The notes under the pieces were generated by a model that saw nothing but the letters and a program-made list of their open reading frames with translations, made no database searches and had not been told where the DNA came from. Shown piece by piece: positions 27,660-36,651 of a DNA stretch of 64,000 nt; the first letter of the stretch is position 1, and the number at the start of each line of letters is the position of its first letter. A program made the translations under genes and the position numbers. The stretch is from a bacterium (GTDB lineage: Bacteria > UBA10199 > 2-02-FULL-50-16 > JAJFLM01), in contig CBDCFN010000016.1 of assembly GCA_965216315.1 (NCBI GenBank), positions 1,024,001 through 1,088,000 on the forward strand. Direction: 5' to 3'.

Positions 27660-29186
27660 TCATTCTCTCATCACGTCCGTAATCGCATCGGATAAGAATT
27701 TCGCAAACGGCTCAATATCCTGCCCCACGCTTGCAGCCTCCAAGGCTTCCATGTAAGTGTCTCGATCGTCGACCTTGATAACCGTCCAGGGATAGCCGCC
27801 TGCTGCCAACATCACATTCATTAAGAAACGTGCCATGCGCCCATTACCGTCCATGTAGGGGTGGATATAAACAAAGACAAAGTGTCCCAGCACCACGCGC
27901 ACAAATGGGTCTGTCTCTTCACGGAGCAATTCGAAAAATGCTGGCATACTATCCCGCATAGCTTCTTTGTTAGGGGGCACGTGCTTCGACCGACGAATAT
28001 AGACCTGATCGTTGCGGTAACCAGCGAGCTCAGCGGGCTTTAAAATACCTGCGGTGACACTTGGTCCAAACATCTCGCGATACCAAGTCCCGTGATCCTC
28101 ATCGGCAACTTGACCCGGATTTGCACCTTTCAAGACACGACGGACACTTTCCTTGACGCTTTGAAAAGCCTGCCAGTAGCCACGAGCGGCCAGGGCGTTG
28201 CGTTGCTCGCGATCTTCCTCGCTTTTGTCGGGATGCCAGGTGCCGCTGCGAACCTTCTCGATCAACTCGGGACTGACTCGATAACCTTCAATGGAAAGCG
28301 AGTGATAGGCATCCGTCACATAGGCCTCTTCGACGCGTTCTATATACGAATCAATATCAGGCGCTGTTTTTGACGAAGAGGGCGCAAATTTGCGGATAGG
28401 CTCCCGCATCGCTTGCCACATTAAGCGGATGCGATTGACATAGGGTGATCTTTCTCGAAGCGGTTCGAACCGCGTTTTCTCTCCGAAAGGATCTGTTTCT
28501 CGCATATCATAATCGGCGGCACGCATGGTATTAATGATGTCATCGGCAATGCGCCCGCGTCCGACATTGCGGAAGGCTCCCGCCAGGCGGCTTGCAATTC
28601 TACTGTGACCGCCTTCCAAGAGACGATCCAAGACCTGAGAGGCATCCTGAATCATCGCGAGCGCGGCGCGTGCGTCGGTCGGATACTGTGTGAAGAAGCG
28701 ATGGGAACACGCAACGAGGGCCGCCGCTAAGGTGTAAAGACGCAGGTCCATTTTTCCTTCAATGTCCTGAGCCTCGGGCAGTGCGGAACGGGTGTCGAGT
28801 AGCGACGTGTGATGCGGCAGCTGGGTCACTTTGTTGCGGCCCTTCGTGGAACGGACAATCAGCTGGCGTGGAACCGTGAAGTTGCCGACATGAAGCAAGA
28901 GGGACTGGTCAGGGGATAGACACCAGTCCGTGTCGAAACGATCTTTCAGGTAGGTGGTGCAAAATTTCCAGAAGGAGGCAAACCAGGCGGTGCTCTCGCC
29001 GGGCGCCTCGTCCGGGCGTGTCGGAATGTACCAGCCCTTGATGACCCGCTGCAGGTAGCCATTCTTAAACAGGCGCTCCTGGTGCGTGCGGCTCAATTCA
29101 CTGCTGCGAATGACGATATGACCCTGATCTTGCAGTGCCTTCAGTTCGTCCAGGGATTCAGCCAGTTTTTCTGCCGGCGTTGCCAT
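27660..29186 (-). CDS. Fic family protein with long N-terminal extension
   Basis: HPYMDGNGRMAR Fic motif; YHSLSIEGY inhibitory-type motif. Confidence 0.93.
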   Translation of the reverse strand: MATPAEKLAESLDELKALQDQGHIVIRSSELSRTHQERLFKNGYLQRVIKGWYIPTRPDEAPGESTAWFASFWKFCTTYLKDRFDTDWCLSPDQSLLLHVGNFTVPRQLIVRSTKGRNKVTQLPHHTSLLDTRSALPEAQDIEGKMDLRLYTLAAALVACSHRFFTQYPTDARAALAMIQDASQVLDRLLEGGHSRIASRLAGAFRNVGRGRIADDIINTMRAADYDMRETDPFGEKTRFEPLRERSPYVNRIRLMWQAMREPIRKFAPSSSKTAPDIDSYIERVEEAYVTDAYHSLSIEGYRVSPELIEKVRSGTWHPDKSEEDREQRNALAARGYWQAFQSVKESVRRVLKGANPGQVADEDHGTWYREMFGPSVTAGILKPAELAGYRNDQVYIRRSKHVPPNKEAMRDSMPAFFELLREETDPFVRVVLGHFVFVYIHPYMDGNGRMARFLMNVMLAAGGYPWTVIKVDDRDTYMEALEAASVGQDIEPFAKFLSDAITDVMRE

Positions 29187-29210
29187 CTAGGGGCCTCTCC
29201 AATTCCGTTC

Positions 29211-29300
29211 TATTTATAGCTTATTTGGCTGTGTGAATAATAGCTTATTCTGTTGTGCTATTTATAGCTTATTTTGCTGTACTGAAAAGCGCTTATTATG
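29211..29300. promoter_or_regulatory. Four direct repeats with a 24-bp period upstream of fic
   Basis: GCTTATT at 29219, 29243, 29267 and 29291 (ATAGCTTATT in the first three). Confidence 0.7.
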
Positions 29301-29631
29301 TCGAGCAAAATGGCGCTTTTCACGGATATGCTTGATATTATAGTATTTTCAATAAGTTATATGGAAATCTTAGTGCTGGTTTGTAACAAAAATAGATTAG
29401 TTTTTGTTACAAAAAATAAAGCCTTTACTTCGGTGCTGGGCTGAAATCACACCCCCGAAGTGGTCACCATTTGGTCACCATCGCGTGCAAGTGACTACGA
29501 ACAACACCGAACTATCCACAAGACTGAAAGTGCCTTAACTCCGCCAGCGATAATTCTTTTTCGGCTTAGCGCCTGATTTTTGGGCAGCAGACGGCGACTC
29601 GCGTAAGTCCTTGATTTTAGGTTCCCGCTTT

Positions 29632-29853
29632 GTTCGAATCCCACCCCCGGAGCATAAAAATCCGTTGGACCCTTCTGGGTCCGGCGGATTTTTTTTGTTT
29701 CGTGGTGGGTGAGACCCCCAACTGTGTTGGAAGGTTCGACGAGCGCTTCGCCGAAGGCGAAGACTTACGAAGTGCAATCGTCATAAAGACGATTGCCTCC
29801 CTCCGAAGCGGGGAGTCCGCCAGCGGCGGACGAGCAAATCCCACCCCCGGAGC
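29632..29853 (+). repeat. 222-bp unit U, copy 2; its last att core is followed by a complete CCA
   Basis: Identical to 15649-15870; ends CCCCGGAGCCA at 29855. Confidence 0.95.
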
Positions 29854-29935
29854 CATGCACCGTACGGTGCATGGCGGAGCCCCATGCACCGCATGGTGCA
29901 TGGGAGCCCTCTGCACCGCATGGTGCAGGGGAGCC
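29849..29935. repeat. Three tandem 27-bp palindromic units delimited by GGAGCC
   Basis: GGAGCC at 29849, 29876, 29903 and 29930; cores TGCACCGTACGGTGCA / TGCACCGCATGGTGCA. Confidence 0.85.
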
Positions 29936-29977
29936 CTTGAAATAAAGAGGTATCCGCCCACCGTACGCAACTTAATT

Positions 29978-30015
29978 AGCCGCTTCTGTCGATAAGCCGA
30001 CGGAAGCGGCTTTTT
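29978..30015 (+). terminator. Hairpin with T run
   Basis: AGCCGCTTCTGTCG...CGACGGAAGCGGCT-TTTT. Confidence 0.65.
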
Positions 30016-30081
30016 ATGTATTACACTTACGTCCTCAGAAGTCAGAAAGATGGTAATTTCTATATCGGTTATACGGGCAAC
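30016..30081 (+). pseudogene. GIY-YIG nuclease 5' remnant
   Basis: MYYTYVLRSQKDGNFYIGYTGN, then similarity is lost where the ORF runs antisense into brnA. Confidence 0.75.
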
Positions 30082-30123
30082 GTGGCAAAAGCAGTTCCTT
30101 GTACCTGGATAGAAAATATTATA

Positions 30124-30333
30124 TCACCGCGCGGTGATGACTATTTCGCCGTCTTCTGCCGCGAATTTCTTGAGCGTCAGGTTTATCAGGGTTTGATAGG
30201 GCACGCCCGTCTTGTCGGCGAGCTTTTGATAATAGGTGAGAACGTCCTCGTCCAGACGGATAGTTTTTTGGACTTTGTTGGGTCGATAGAACTTGCCCCG
30301 CACACCTTTTGAAAAATCATATTCCTTCTTCAT
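30124..30333 (-). CDS. BrnA family antitoxin
   Basis: MKKEYDFSKGVRGKF...TIRLDEDVL...GVPYQTLIN. Confidence 0.88.
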   Translation of the reverse strand: MKKEYDFSKGVRGKFYRPNKVQKTIRLDEDVLTYYQKLADKTGVPYQTLINLTLKKFAAEDGEIVITAR

Positions 30334-30604
30334 ATTGTTGTACCTCCCTGCGTGTCGCCTTTCGTGCCGAGATTATCCGAATAATCTCTTGCTGACTTAC
30401 TTCGATTCGATACGTATGCACGACTACAAGAGTCGCCGTATTGGCGCAGCGTCCGATTGTTACCCATCGTTCCTCTGATCGCGTCTTGGCATCCAGAATG
30501 GACAAATGAAACGGATCATCAAAGACCGACTGTGCCAGCTCAAATGAGATCCGGTGTTTGCGAAGATTGGCCTCCGCTTTCTTTGGATCCCACTGAAACA
30601 ACAT
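30317..30604 (-). CDS. BrnT family ribonuclease toxin
   Basis: FQWDPKKAEANLRKHRISFE, EERW, IRIISARKAT; ATG at 30604. Confidence 0.9.
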   Translation of the reverse strand: MLFQWDPKKAEANLRKHRISFELAQSVFDDPFHLSILDAKTRSEERWVTIGRCANTATLVVVHTYRIEVSQQEIIRIISARKATRREVQQYEEGI

Positions 30605-30871
30605 TGTAACTACAATATAGGGTATGTCTTGCTTTGGCAAGTCCCAGCGACAAGGTTTCTGGCCCCTCGTTTCTCCCCCTTTTTAACCTTCCGCTCCCAA
30701 AATGAAACAGGTCATTCTCGGTCGAATTTGATAACATATTGATATAATAAAGAAAATTGCCTAGCTCATTCCTGGTAAGAACATATCTGATTCGGCCCCA
30801 GTCGTCTCAAAATGAAACCCTTCCAGGCCGCGATCGCCGCCTAACTTACAAGAATCATTAAAGATTTATTT

Positions 30872-30887
30872 CGGCACGAAACTTGCT
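30872..30887 (+). promoter_or_regulatory. Sigma-54-like motif
   Basis: CGGCACGAAACTTGCT, GG-N10-GC. Confidence 0.45.
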
Positions 30888-30971
30888 GTTTCCTGAGGCA
30901 TGGCAGGATTCCCCTCAAGAAGAGTATGTATAAATATATGGAAATAAAACCATATCTATGCGAGACTGATC

Positions 30972-31262
30972 ATGAAGACACATTATTTCGAATGGGATGA
31001 AGAGAAAGACAGTGCGAACCAAGCCAAGCATGGTGTGTCCTTTGAGGCGGCCAAACAGGCCTTTTTGGATCCAAGGCGTGTGATAGCTGAAGATAGTCGG
31101 CACATGGTGCATGAAAAACGCTATTTCTGTTTTGGAGAAGTGGAAGGGGGCATTCTAACGGTGCGTTTTACATGTCGCCATAACAGGATTCGTATTTATG
31201 GGGCGGGTTATTGGCGGAAAGGAAAGACGATTTATGAAAAAGAAAATAAAATACACCGATGA
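30972..31262 (+). CDS. BrnT family toxin (second pair)
   Basis: FEWDEEKDSANQAKHGVSFE, LTVRFT, IRIYGAGYWR. Confidence 0.88.
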   Translation: MKTHYFEWDEEKDSANQAKHGVSFEAAKQAFLDPRRVIAEDSRHMVHEKRYFCFGEVEGGILTVRFTCRHNRIRIYGAGYWRKGKTIYEKENKIHR

Positions 31263-31464
31263 ACCCATAGGGGAGCCTCGGGTGATTCGTGACTTTCTGC
31301 CTTCGCCTGCCGAGCTGGCGCTCGAAGAGGAGTCGGTGAAGGTGACCATGCACTTGAGTCAGTCCTGCGTCGACTTTTTCAAAAAACAAGCCAAGAAGCA
31401 TCATACCCAGTACCAAAAGATGATCCGTAAAGTGCTCGATCTGTATGTGGAGCATTATCGGTAG
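31234..31464 (+). CDS. BrnA/CopG-like antitoxin (second pair)
   Basis: MKKKIKYTDEPIG...DFLPSPAEL..VKVT..FFK...YQKMIR; overlaps the toxin stop. Confidence 0.85.
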   Translation: MKKKIKYTDEPIGEPRVIRDFLPSPAELALEEESVKVTMHLSQSCVDFFKKQAKKHHTQYQKMIRKVLDLYVEHYR

Positions 31465-31492
31465 AGAGGACAAAAGGTTCGAGTCGTGTTCA

Positions 31493-31586
31493 GTGGTGGG
31501 CGAGAGCCCCAGTTCTACTGGTGGTTCGACGAGCGTTTGCCACTTGCCTGCCGGTAGGCAAGTGAAGATTTATCGTGCACGACTGC
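31493..31586 (+). repeat. Degenerate copy of the inner part of unit U with a different hairpin
   Basis: GTGGTGGGCGAGAGCCCCA...GGTTCGACGAGCG matches U; hairpin CACTTGCCT-GCCGGT-AGGCAAGTG at 31541-31564. Confidence 0.7.
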
Positions 31587-31587
31587 C

Positions 31588-33222
31588 TTAACGCCGCAGC
31601 GAACAGCCACCGCCGGGCACAACCGTAAAGCTGACGCTCGCGCTATTGTCACTGATGTCGCTTTCCTCGACCTGCGAAGTAATCGTGACGGCATTGGTGA
31701 AATCACCTTCCGTATCGCTGCTGCCGCTATACATGAGGGTCGTGCTGTCACCGGCCGCGACGCCAACTGAACAGATCAACGCACCGTTCAGGGTGCAGGA
31801 ACCGTCGTCAATACTGATCGAGCTTTCGGCTACCGTCAGGCCGGACGGAATCATGTCGGTGAGGGTTGCACCGGCCCGGTCGGGGCCGTCGTTGCTGATT
31901 TCAATGGTGAAGTCGATTGTATCACCCACGCTGACTTCTGAGGTGCTGCTGACCTTGGAGATTTGTAGCTCGGCACTGTTGCCGAGTAGCCTAAAGGCGG
32001 CCATGTCGAAGCTCGTCGTGCCCGTCGCCAGGATCTGACCGTTACCGAGCACAAGAATACTGCGCACGTCGTCTTGAGTCCCCTCGTTAAAGTTTAAGCT
32101 ACCGCCGCTCGCAAAATTTGCGTCTAAGGCGCCACCGGGATCGAGGCGTGCGACAATAAAATCTGACTCGATCGAGAATGGTGGATTAACCGATCCTCCC
32201 ACCACGACGGAGGCATCCCGTTGAATAGCGATGGCGCTGGGACTGAAACTATCCGGGCTTAGGTCGATAGTGGCGATGCCCGAGTCGCCAAAACTCTCGA
32301 TAACACCACCGTTGGCATTGAGTCGCAGCACCAGAAGCGCGATGGGCGTATTAATACCATCGTCGTCGCTGAGGCCCGCAACGACGCCAATGCTATCATC
32401 AGAATGTACGGTCACGGCCCCCGGAAAGGCTGCCAAGCCTCCGGTAAATTCCGGCGCGAACAGCCCATCACTACCAAAACTTGTATCGGTGCTGCCTTCC
32501 GGGCTAAGCTGGGCTACAAAGAGTCCGGTGTCGGAGCTAAAGCCGGTAATAATGATGGCTCCACTGCTTTGTAAAGAAATTCCGCGGGTTACGGTTGCAG
32601 TGTCGTTGATTTTCAGAATAACGCTACCGTTGGTCCCGAATTCACTGTCACTGCTGCCATCATTTTGTAGGCGTGTTACATAGGCGGAGTCTCCATCGTC
32701 ATCTCCGGTGATAAGGATCTTCCCATCGCTTTGTAGGGCGGCTCCCGTTACAAAAGAATTAGCGATCGGCGGAGTCATGGTCTGCACGCCGTTTGTTCCA
32801 AAGCTATCATCTAAAGTGCCATCAGCGTTATATCGCACAAGTGATAGGTCATTGCCGCCAATCAGTAGAATCTTATCATCGGGCAAGATGAGAATGGCGT
32901 TCGGAATATCATCGCCGCCAGTTGCGTCAGTAGTGCTGATACCGTTCGTGCCAAAGTTTGTATCCAGTTGGCCGTCGGTATCGAGACGATAGGCCGCATA
33001 GTCGCGGTTGCCGATCGTTCCGGCGGTACTAATGACGATGAGCTTGCCATCACTTTGCAAAGCACCGGCGCCGATAAAATTTTGATTCCCATCGATATCC
33101 TGGATGGCTATGCCGCCCGTCCCGAAATTGCCGTCAAAATCGCCGGGCGCCGCCCAGCTGGTTTTACTACCGCTGACGCACAGGATTGAGAGTAGAAGTA
33201 GTGAATAAAACAGTATTTTCAT
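31588..33222 (-). CDS. Secreted delta-60 repeat beta-propeller + DUF11 protein with C-terminal VVPGGGCSLRR tag
   Basis: Signal peptide SWA; repeated LQSDGKI...LDxxFGxxG; FTIEISNDGPD and DNSASV of DUF11. Confidence 0.88.
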   Translation of the reverse strand: MKILFYSLLLLSILCVSGSKTSWAAPGDFDGNFGTGGIAIQDIDGNQNFIGAGALQSDGKLIVISTAGTIGNRDYAAYRLDTDGQLDTNFGTNGISTTDATGGDDIPNAILILPDDKILLIGGNDLSLVRYNADGTLDDSFGTNGVQTMTPPIANSFVTGAALQSDGKILITGDDDGDSAYVTRLQNDGSSDSEFGTNGSVILKINDTATVTRGISLQSSGAIIITGFSSDTGLFVAQLSPEGSTDTSFGSDGLFAPEFTGGLAAFPGAVTVHSDDSIGVVAGLSDDDGINTPIALLVLRLNANGGVIESFGDSGIATIDLSPDSFSPSAIAIQRDASVVVGGSVNPPFSIESDFIVARLDPGGALDANFASGGSLNFNEGTQDDVRSILVLGNGQILATGTTSFDMAAFRLLGNSAELQISKVSSTSEVSVGDTIDFTIEISNDGPDRAGATLTDMIPSGLTVAESSISIDDGSCTLNGALICSVGVAAGDSTTLMYSGSSDTEGDFTNAVTITSQVEESDISDNSASVSFTVVPGGGCSLRR

Positions 33223-33505
33223 GGTTCGTCTCCTTCAGTGAGAATTTTACATCGGATCGCATACAAACTAACATGTTTTGGCTTGAATAAAAATGCATCG
33301 TTTTTAAAGTACTATCAAGACCGGGAGTGCCAAATATGCCGAAAAATACGACAACCTATTGGAATCCGTTGCTAGCGGAAAATGAGGGTCAGAGGAAAAC
33401 GATCGAGGGCGGCTTCATTCGCAAAAAAAACGCTCAAGAGTCATTTTTGAAATTCAGCTGAACACAAGGTCTCCGTCGCATTGCCGTAATTTCCTGAGGA
33501 AGGGT

Positions 33506-35410
33506 TTATGGGATTGTGCCGGGGACCGGAGTCAGGATTTTACTAATCGACTCGTGCTTCAGTCCCAATTGATCGTGATAGATCGCCTTATAGAGCATTA
33601 CTTTTTTGACGTAGCTGCGTGTTTCATTAAAGGGGATGTTTTCAATCCAAATATCGGCATCAAGCGGTTCATTTCCTTGCCATTGACGTGGTCGTCTAGG
33701 CCCGGCGTTATAGGCGGCCGTCGCCATCGCATAGTTGCCACCGAATTTATCGAGCATTTGGCGTAGATAGAAGGTGCCCATCTCAATATTTATATTGGAG
33801 TCGAATAGATCATTGGAACGATATTTCCCATTTTTTTGTTTGCGGGCAATGACGCGGCCCGTGCCCGGCATGATTTGCATCAAGCCAATGGCGCCGGCAG
33901 GGGAGCGCACCTTTTCCATGAAGGCACTTTCCTGGCGCATGATGCCATAGACATAGGCAGGAGGAAGCCGCTTAGCCTTGGCTTCTCTTTTGACAACTTG
34001 TTTGTAAATGACCGGAAAGCGAAGCGCAACATCGTCGTAGTGTTTTGCCCGCGCGGCAGTAAAAATCGCGCGGTCCGTGAATTTCCATTTTTGGGCGAGT
34101 TTAGCCGCTGCAAGTAACTCTTTGTCATTAAGGTTGCGAATGGCCCATTGCCATTGCCGTCGCATCAAGTCGGGTTCGTCAATCTCGGCGAGCTCCTTGG
34201 CAATCTTGAAAGGCCGCGATTGAGCCAGTGCTTTGGTCGAGGCCTTAATGGGCTTATCATTTAACTGATACTTGTTTTCGAGTTTGTCGGCGGCTAGAAA
34301 ACTATAATACTCACGTTGATCGGCAATTTGTTTGTAGATTTTCTTGGCCTGGTTCTTTTTTTTCAGCTTTTCTAAGGCGCGCGCCTGCCAGTAACGCCAG
34401 TCTGGTGAGGCTTTTTCTTCTGCCGTCAGTTTATCGTAGAAGTAGAGAACGTCTTTCCATTTGCCCTCCCGCAATGCGGTGCGGATGGCCCACTGCCGGA
34501 TCTTTTCTTTATCGGCTGGGGCCTTGCGAAGCCATTGAGTCGCGTTGGGTTGATGGTTGATCGCGGCGCGGTACCCAATAACTTCATTGATAGCGGCTTG
34601 GTAGGATCTAAGGAATTTATGTTGTTTGAGGAGCTGCTTGCTAAGCCGGTCGGCTTCGCTCGGATCCTCACGGGCCAGCTCTTCAATGCCCGAAACGACG
34701 AGACGTGCTCCCAGCTCGCTATCGATCGAAAACTGGGGGTTACTTAGTTTTGCTAAGGGATTCTTATGGACGCTGACCCAATGATCCATCCAGTACTGTT
34801 CATCAGCCGGTAAATAAGTCTTGGCCAGCGAGTGCGCCTTTTTCTCCTTGTCTTTGCGCAGCATCATCACAATTCGTTGCCAAAAGAGTTCATCGGTCAG
34901 CTTGCCGGCGCGTTGCCACCTTTTAAAGACGCCGATGCAGCTACTCGGACGTATTATGCGGGTCAACCAGAGTTTTTGAATCCGCGCATCCATCTCTGTT
35001 GAAATACCCTCGGCTCGGATGCGTCTATACAGGTGGTGGCATTCCAGTTCCGTGCTGCTGACGGCATCATCGTAATGCGCGTCAAAGCGTTGCCAATCCT
35101 TTTGCTTGGCGAGCCGTCGCAGCCAAAGTTTCTTCATGGCGCCGCTGACATAGACATCACTATTCTTGACGATAAAATCCTCGATTATCTGCTCATCCAA
35201 GCTGTCGAGCTGAGCTTTGAGATACTCAAACTCGACAACCGGCTTGAGCAGATAATCTTTCATGGCATCAAGGTGAACTTGGTATTCCTCATGGTTTTTC
35301 TCTGCGAGTGCTTGCAGGGCAGCGCGGTAATGACTCAATGAGCTCGCATGTGTGGATGGGGCGAGTAACAGGCAGCAAAAGACGATGAATTGGCTCAAAA
35401 GTACTTTCAT
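33506..35410 (-). CDS. slt: Soluble lytic murein transglycosylase (Slt70-like)
   Basis: IMRQESAF, GAIGLMQIMP, AAYNAGP, ETRSYVKKV; signal peptide from Met at 35410 (or 35431). Confidence 0.9.
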   Translation of the reverse strand: MKVLLSQFIVFCCLLLAPSTHASSLSHYRAALQALAEKNHEEYQVHLDAMKDYLLKPVVEFEYLKAQLDSLDEQIIEDFIVKNSDVYVSGAMKKLWLRRLAKQKDWQRFDAHYDDAVSSTELECHHLYRRIRAEGISTEMDARIQKLWLTRIIRPSSCIGVFKRWQRAGKLTDELFWQRIVMMLRKDKEKKAHSLAKTYLPADEQYWMDHWVSVHKNPLAKLSNPQFSIDSELGARLVVSGIEELAREDPSEADRLSKQLLKQHKFLRSYQAAINEVIGYRAAINHQPNATQWLRKAPADKEKIRQWAIRTALREGKWKDVLYFYDKLTAEEKASPDWRYWQARALEKLKKKNQAKKIYKQIADQREYYSFLAADKLENKYQLNDKPIKASTKALAQSRPFKIAKELAEIDEPDLMRRQWQWAIRNLNDKELLAAAKLAQKWKFTDRAIFTAARAKHYDDVALRFPVIYKQVVKREAKAKRLPPAYVYGIMRQESAFMEKVRSPAGAIGLMQIMPGTGRVIARKQKNGKYRSNDLFDSNINIEMGTFYLRQMLDKFGGNYAMATAAYNAGPRRPRQWQGNEPLDADIWIENIPFNETRSYVKKVMLYKAIYHDQLGLKHESISKILTPVPGTIP

Positions 35411-35432
35411 AGGGCTAATTAGACGGCGCATC

Positions 35433-36278
35433 TTAGCAGCAGGTTTCCGAGGACACCAATAATTTTTCATCTTTAGGGGTTTGCAGGAAGATTTGAGTCT
35501 CACCCCAAGGATAATGTGCGGGAAATTGTCTGATGAGCTTGAAATAAGGTTCCCGCGAAAATTCATTTAGTTCATAGCTGACGGTGATGATCTTGGTTCC
35601 GGGTCGGGTTTTTCGTAGCTTCGCAATCAACGGAGCCAAAAATTCCTCATCAAAACAGGTGCCGTAGAGATAAATCGCCGTTGCTTCAGTATAGTCGATA
35701 TCTCTCAGGTCCGCTTGCCGAAATTCGATATGGTCTAATTGAAAGCGCTGGATGAGATCTTGCGCCCGTTCAACAAATAAAGGTATCTGTTCGATACCGA
35801 TGATGCGGCACCCGATGAAGTTATGCAGCCATAGTGAGGTGCGGCCGGGGCCACAGCCCAAATCGAAGAGGAGGTCGTCCGACGATAGTTCGGCATTCCG
35901 CGCGATCTGCTCAAGCGTCGTGAGAGGCGTTTCACCGTAAGTATAGATGTCGGCAGCGCCGCGTTGCTTTAAAAAATGTTTGCTGATTCGGTAGGGACTT
36001 CTAAGAAAATAGGGGGCTGAGAGGGCCATGTCCAAACGTCGAAATTTTTTATTTGGATAGTAACGCCGGACGACACGGACAAATTCGACAAGAGCTCGCC
36101 ATTGCGAGCGAATTCCTATGCCCAATAGACAAACTAATTCCCTTGCTGAGCTTAGGATTTGTTCAGTGGATCTCAACGGTTTCCTGGATCGACTCGGGAT
36201 TTTCAATGGGGTGTCCCGCGACCACGGTATGCAGGCGCGCAAATTTTTCTTTGAGGTTCCAGCGGTCACTGCCATCAA
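35433..36278 (-). CDS. Class I SAM-dependent methyltransferase (DOT1-like); start uncertain
   Basis: YTYGET, FDLGCGPGR, IIGIE, IYLYGTCF. Confidence 0.8.
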   Translation of the reverse strand: MMAVTAGTSKKNLRACIPWSRDTPLKIPSRSRKPLRSTEQILSSARELVCLLGIGIRSQWRALVEFVRVVRRYYPNKKFRRLDMALSAPYFLRSPYRISKHFLKQRGAADIYTYGETPLTTLEQIARNAELSSDDLLFDLGCGPGRTSLWLHNFIGCRIIGIEQIPLFVERAQDLIQRFQLDHIEFRQADLRDIDYTEATAIYLYGTCFDEEFLAPLIAKLRKTRPGTKIITVSYELNEFSREPYFKLIRQFPAHYPWGETQIFLQTPKDEKLLVSSETCC

Positions 36279-36480
36279 CGTTGATAAGTAGGCTTTTGAT
36301 TTCCGTCGCCAAGTGAATATCCGGGACTAGTTGCGGGAGCTTTTGAATGAAGGGTTCGACGTTGTGCATGCGTGCCGCCAAGATGAGGCGGTTCGATTGA
36401 TCCTGGTTCAGCCGAATACATCTGCCTGCCTGGTCTGAGATCTCTAGTTCGCCGGAGTTGTAGTTAGTAATCTTGAGCAT
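36163..36480 (-). CDS. Hypothetical protein
   Basis: 105-aa ATG-started ORF co-oriented with neighbours. Confidence 0.5.
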   Translation of the reverse strand: MLKITNYNSGELEISDQAGRCIRLNQDQSNRLILAARMHNVEPFIQKLPQLVPDIHLATEIKSLLINVDGSDRWNLKEKFARLHTVVAGHPIENPESIQETVEIH

Positions 36481-36651
36481 GGCCCAAATTTCTTATATTT
36501 ATTCATCTTCATCGTCAATCGATTCCAGATGCGGACAGAAGGAGCCTGTCACGCTCATCGGCGTGAATGCTGAAAAGTTATCCCGATAAATAGCTTGCGT
36601 CTCTATAGACCGTGCTTTATAGCATAAGTCCTTAAGATTTAAGGACTTACT

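Larger units (their letters stand above)
20146..29653. mobile_element. Integrase-less cargo element E2 (about 9.5 kb), related to E1
   Basis: Bounded by att cores at 20125-20145 and 29633-29653; shares right arm and internal repeat with E1; mosaic composition with an AT-rich left part. Confidence 0.75.

Noticed and set aside
29849..29935. Possible CRISPR array
   Set aside because: Units are directly tandem palindromes with no unique spacers; no cas genes in the window
30016..30312. Intact 98-aa GIY-YIG nuclease
   Set aside because: Only the first ~22 residues fit the family; the rest is mostly antisense to brnA
33223..33345. Sigma-54 promoter for the delta-60 gene
   Set aside because: TGGCAC is present on the minus strand but no GC at the required GG-N10-GC spacing
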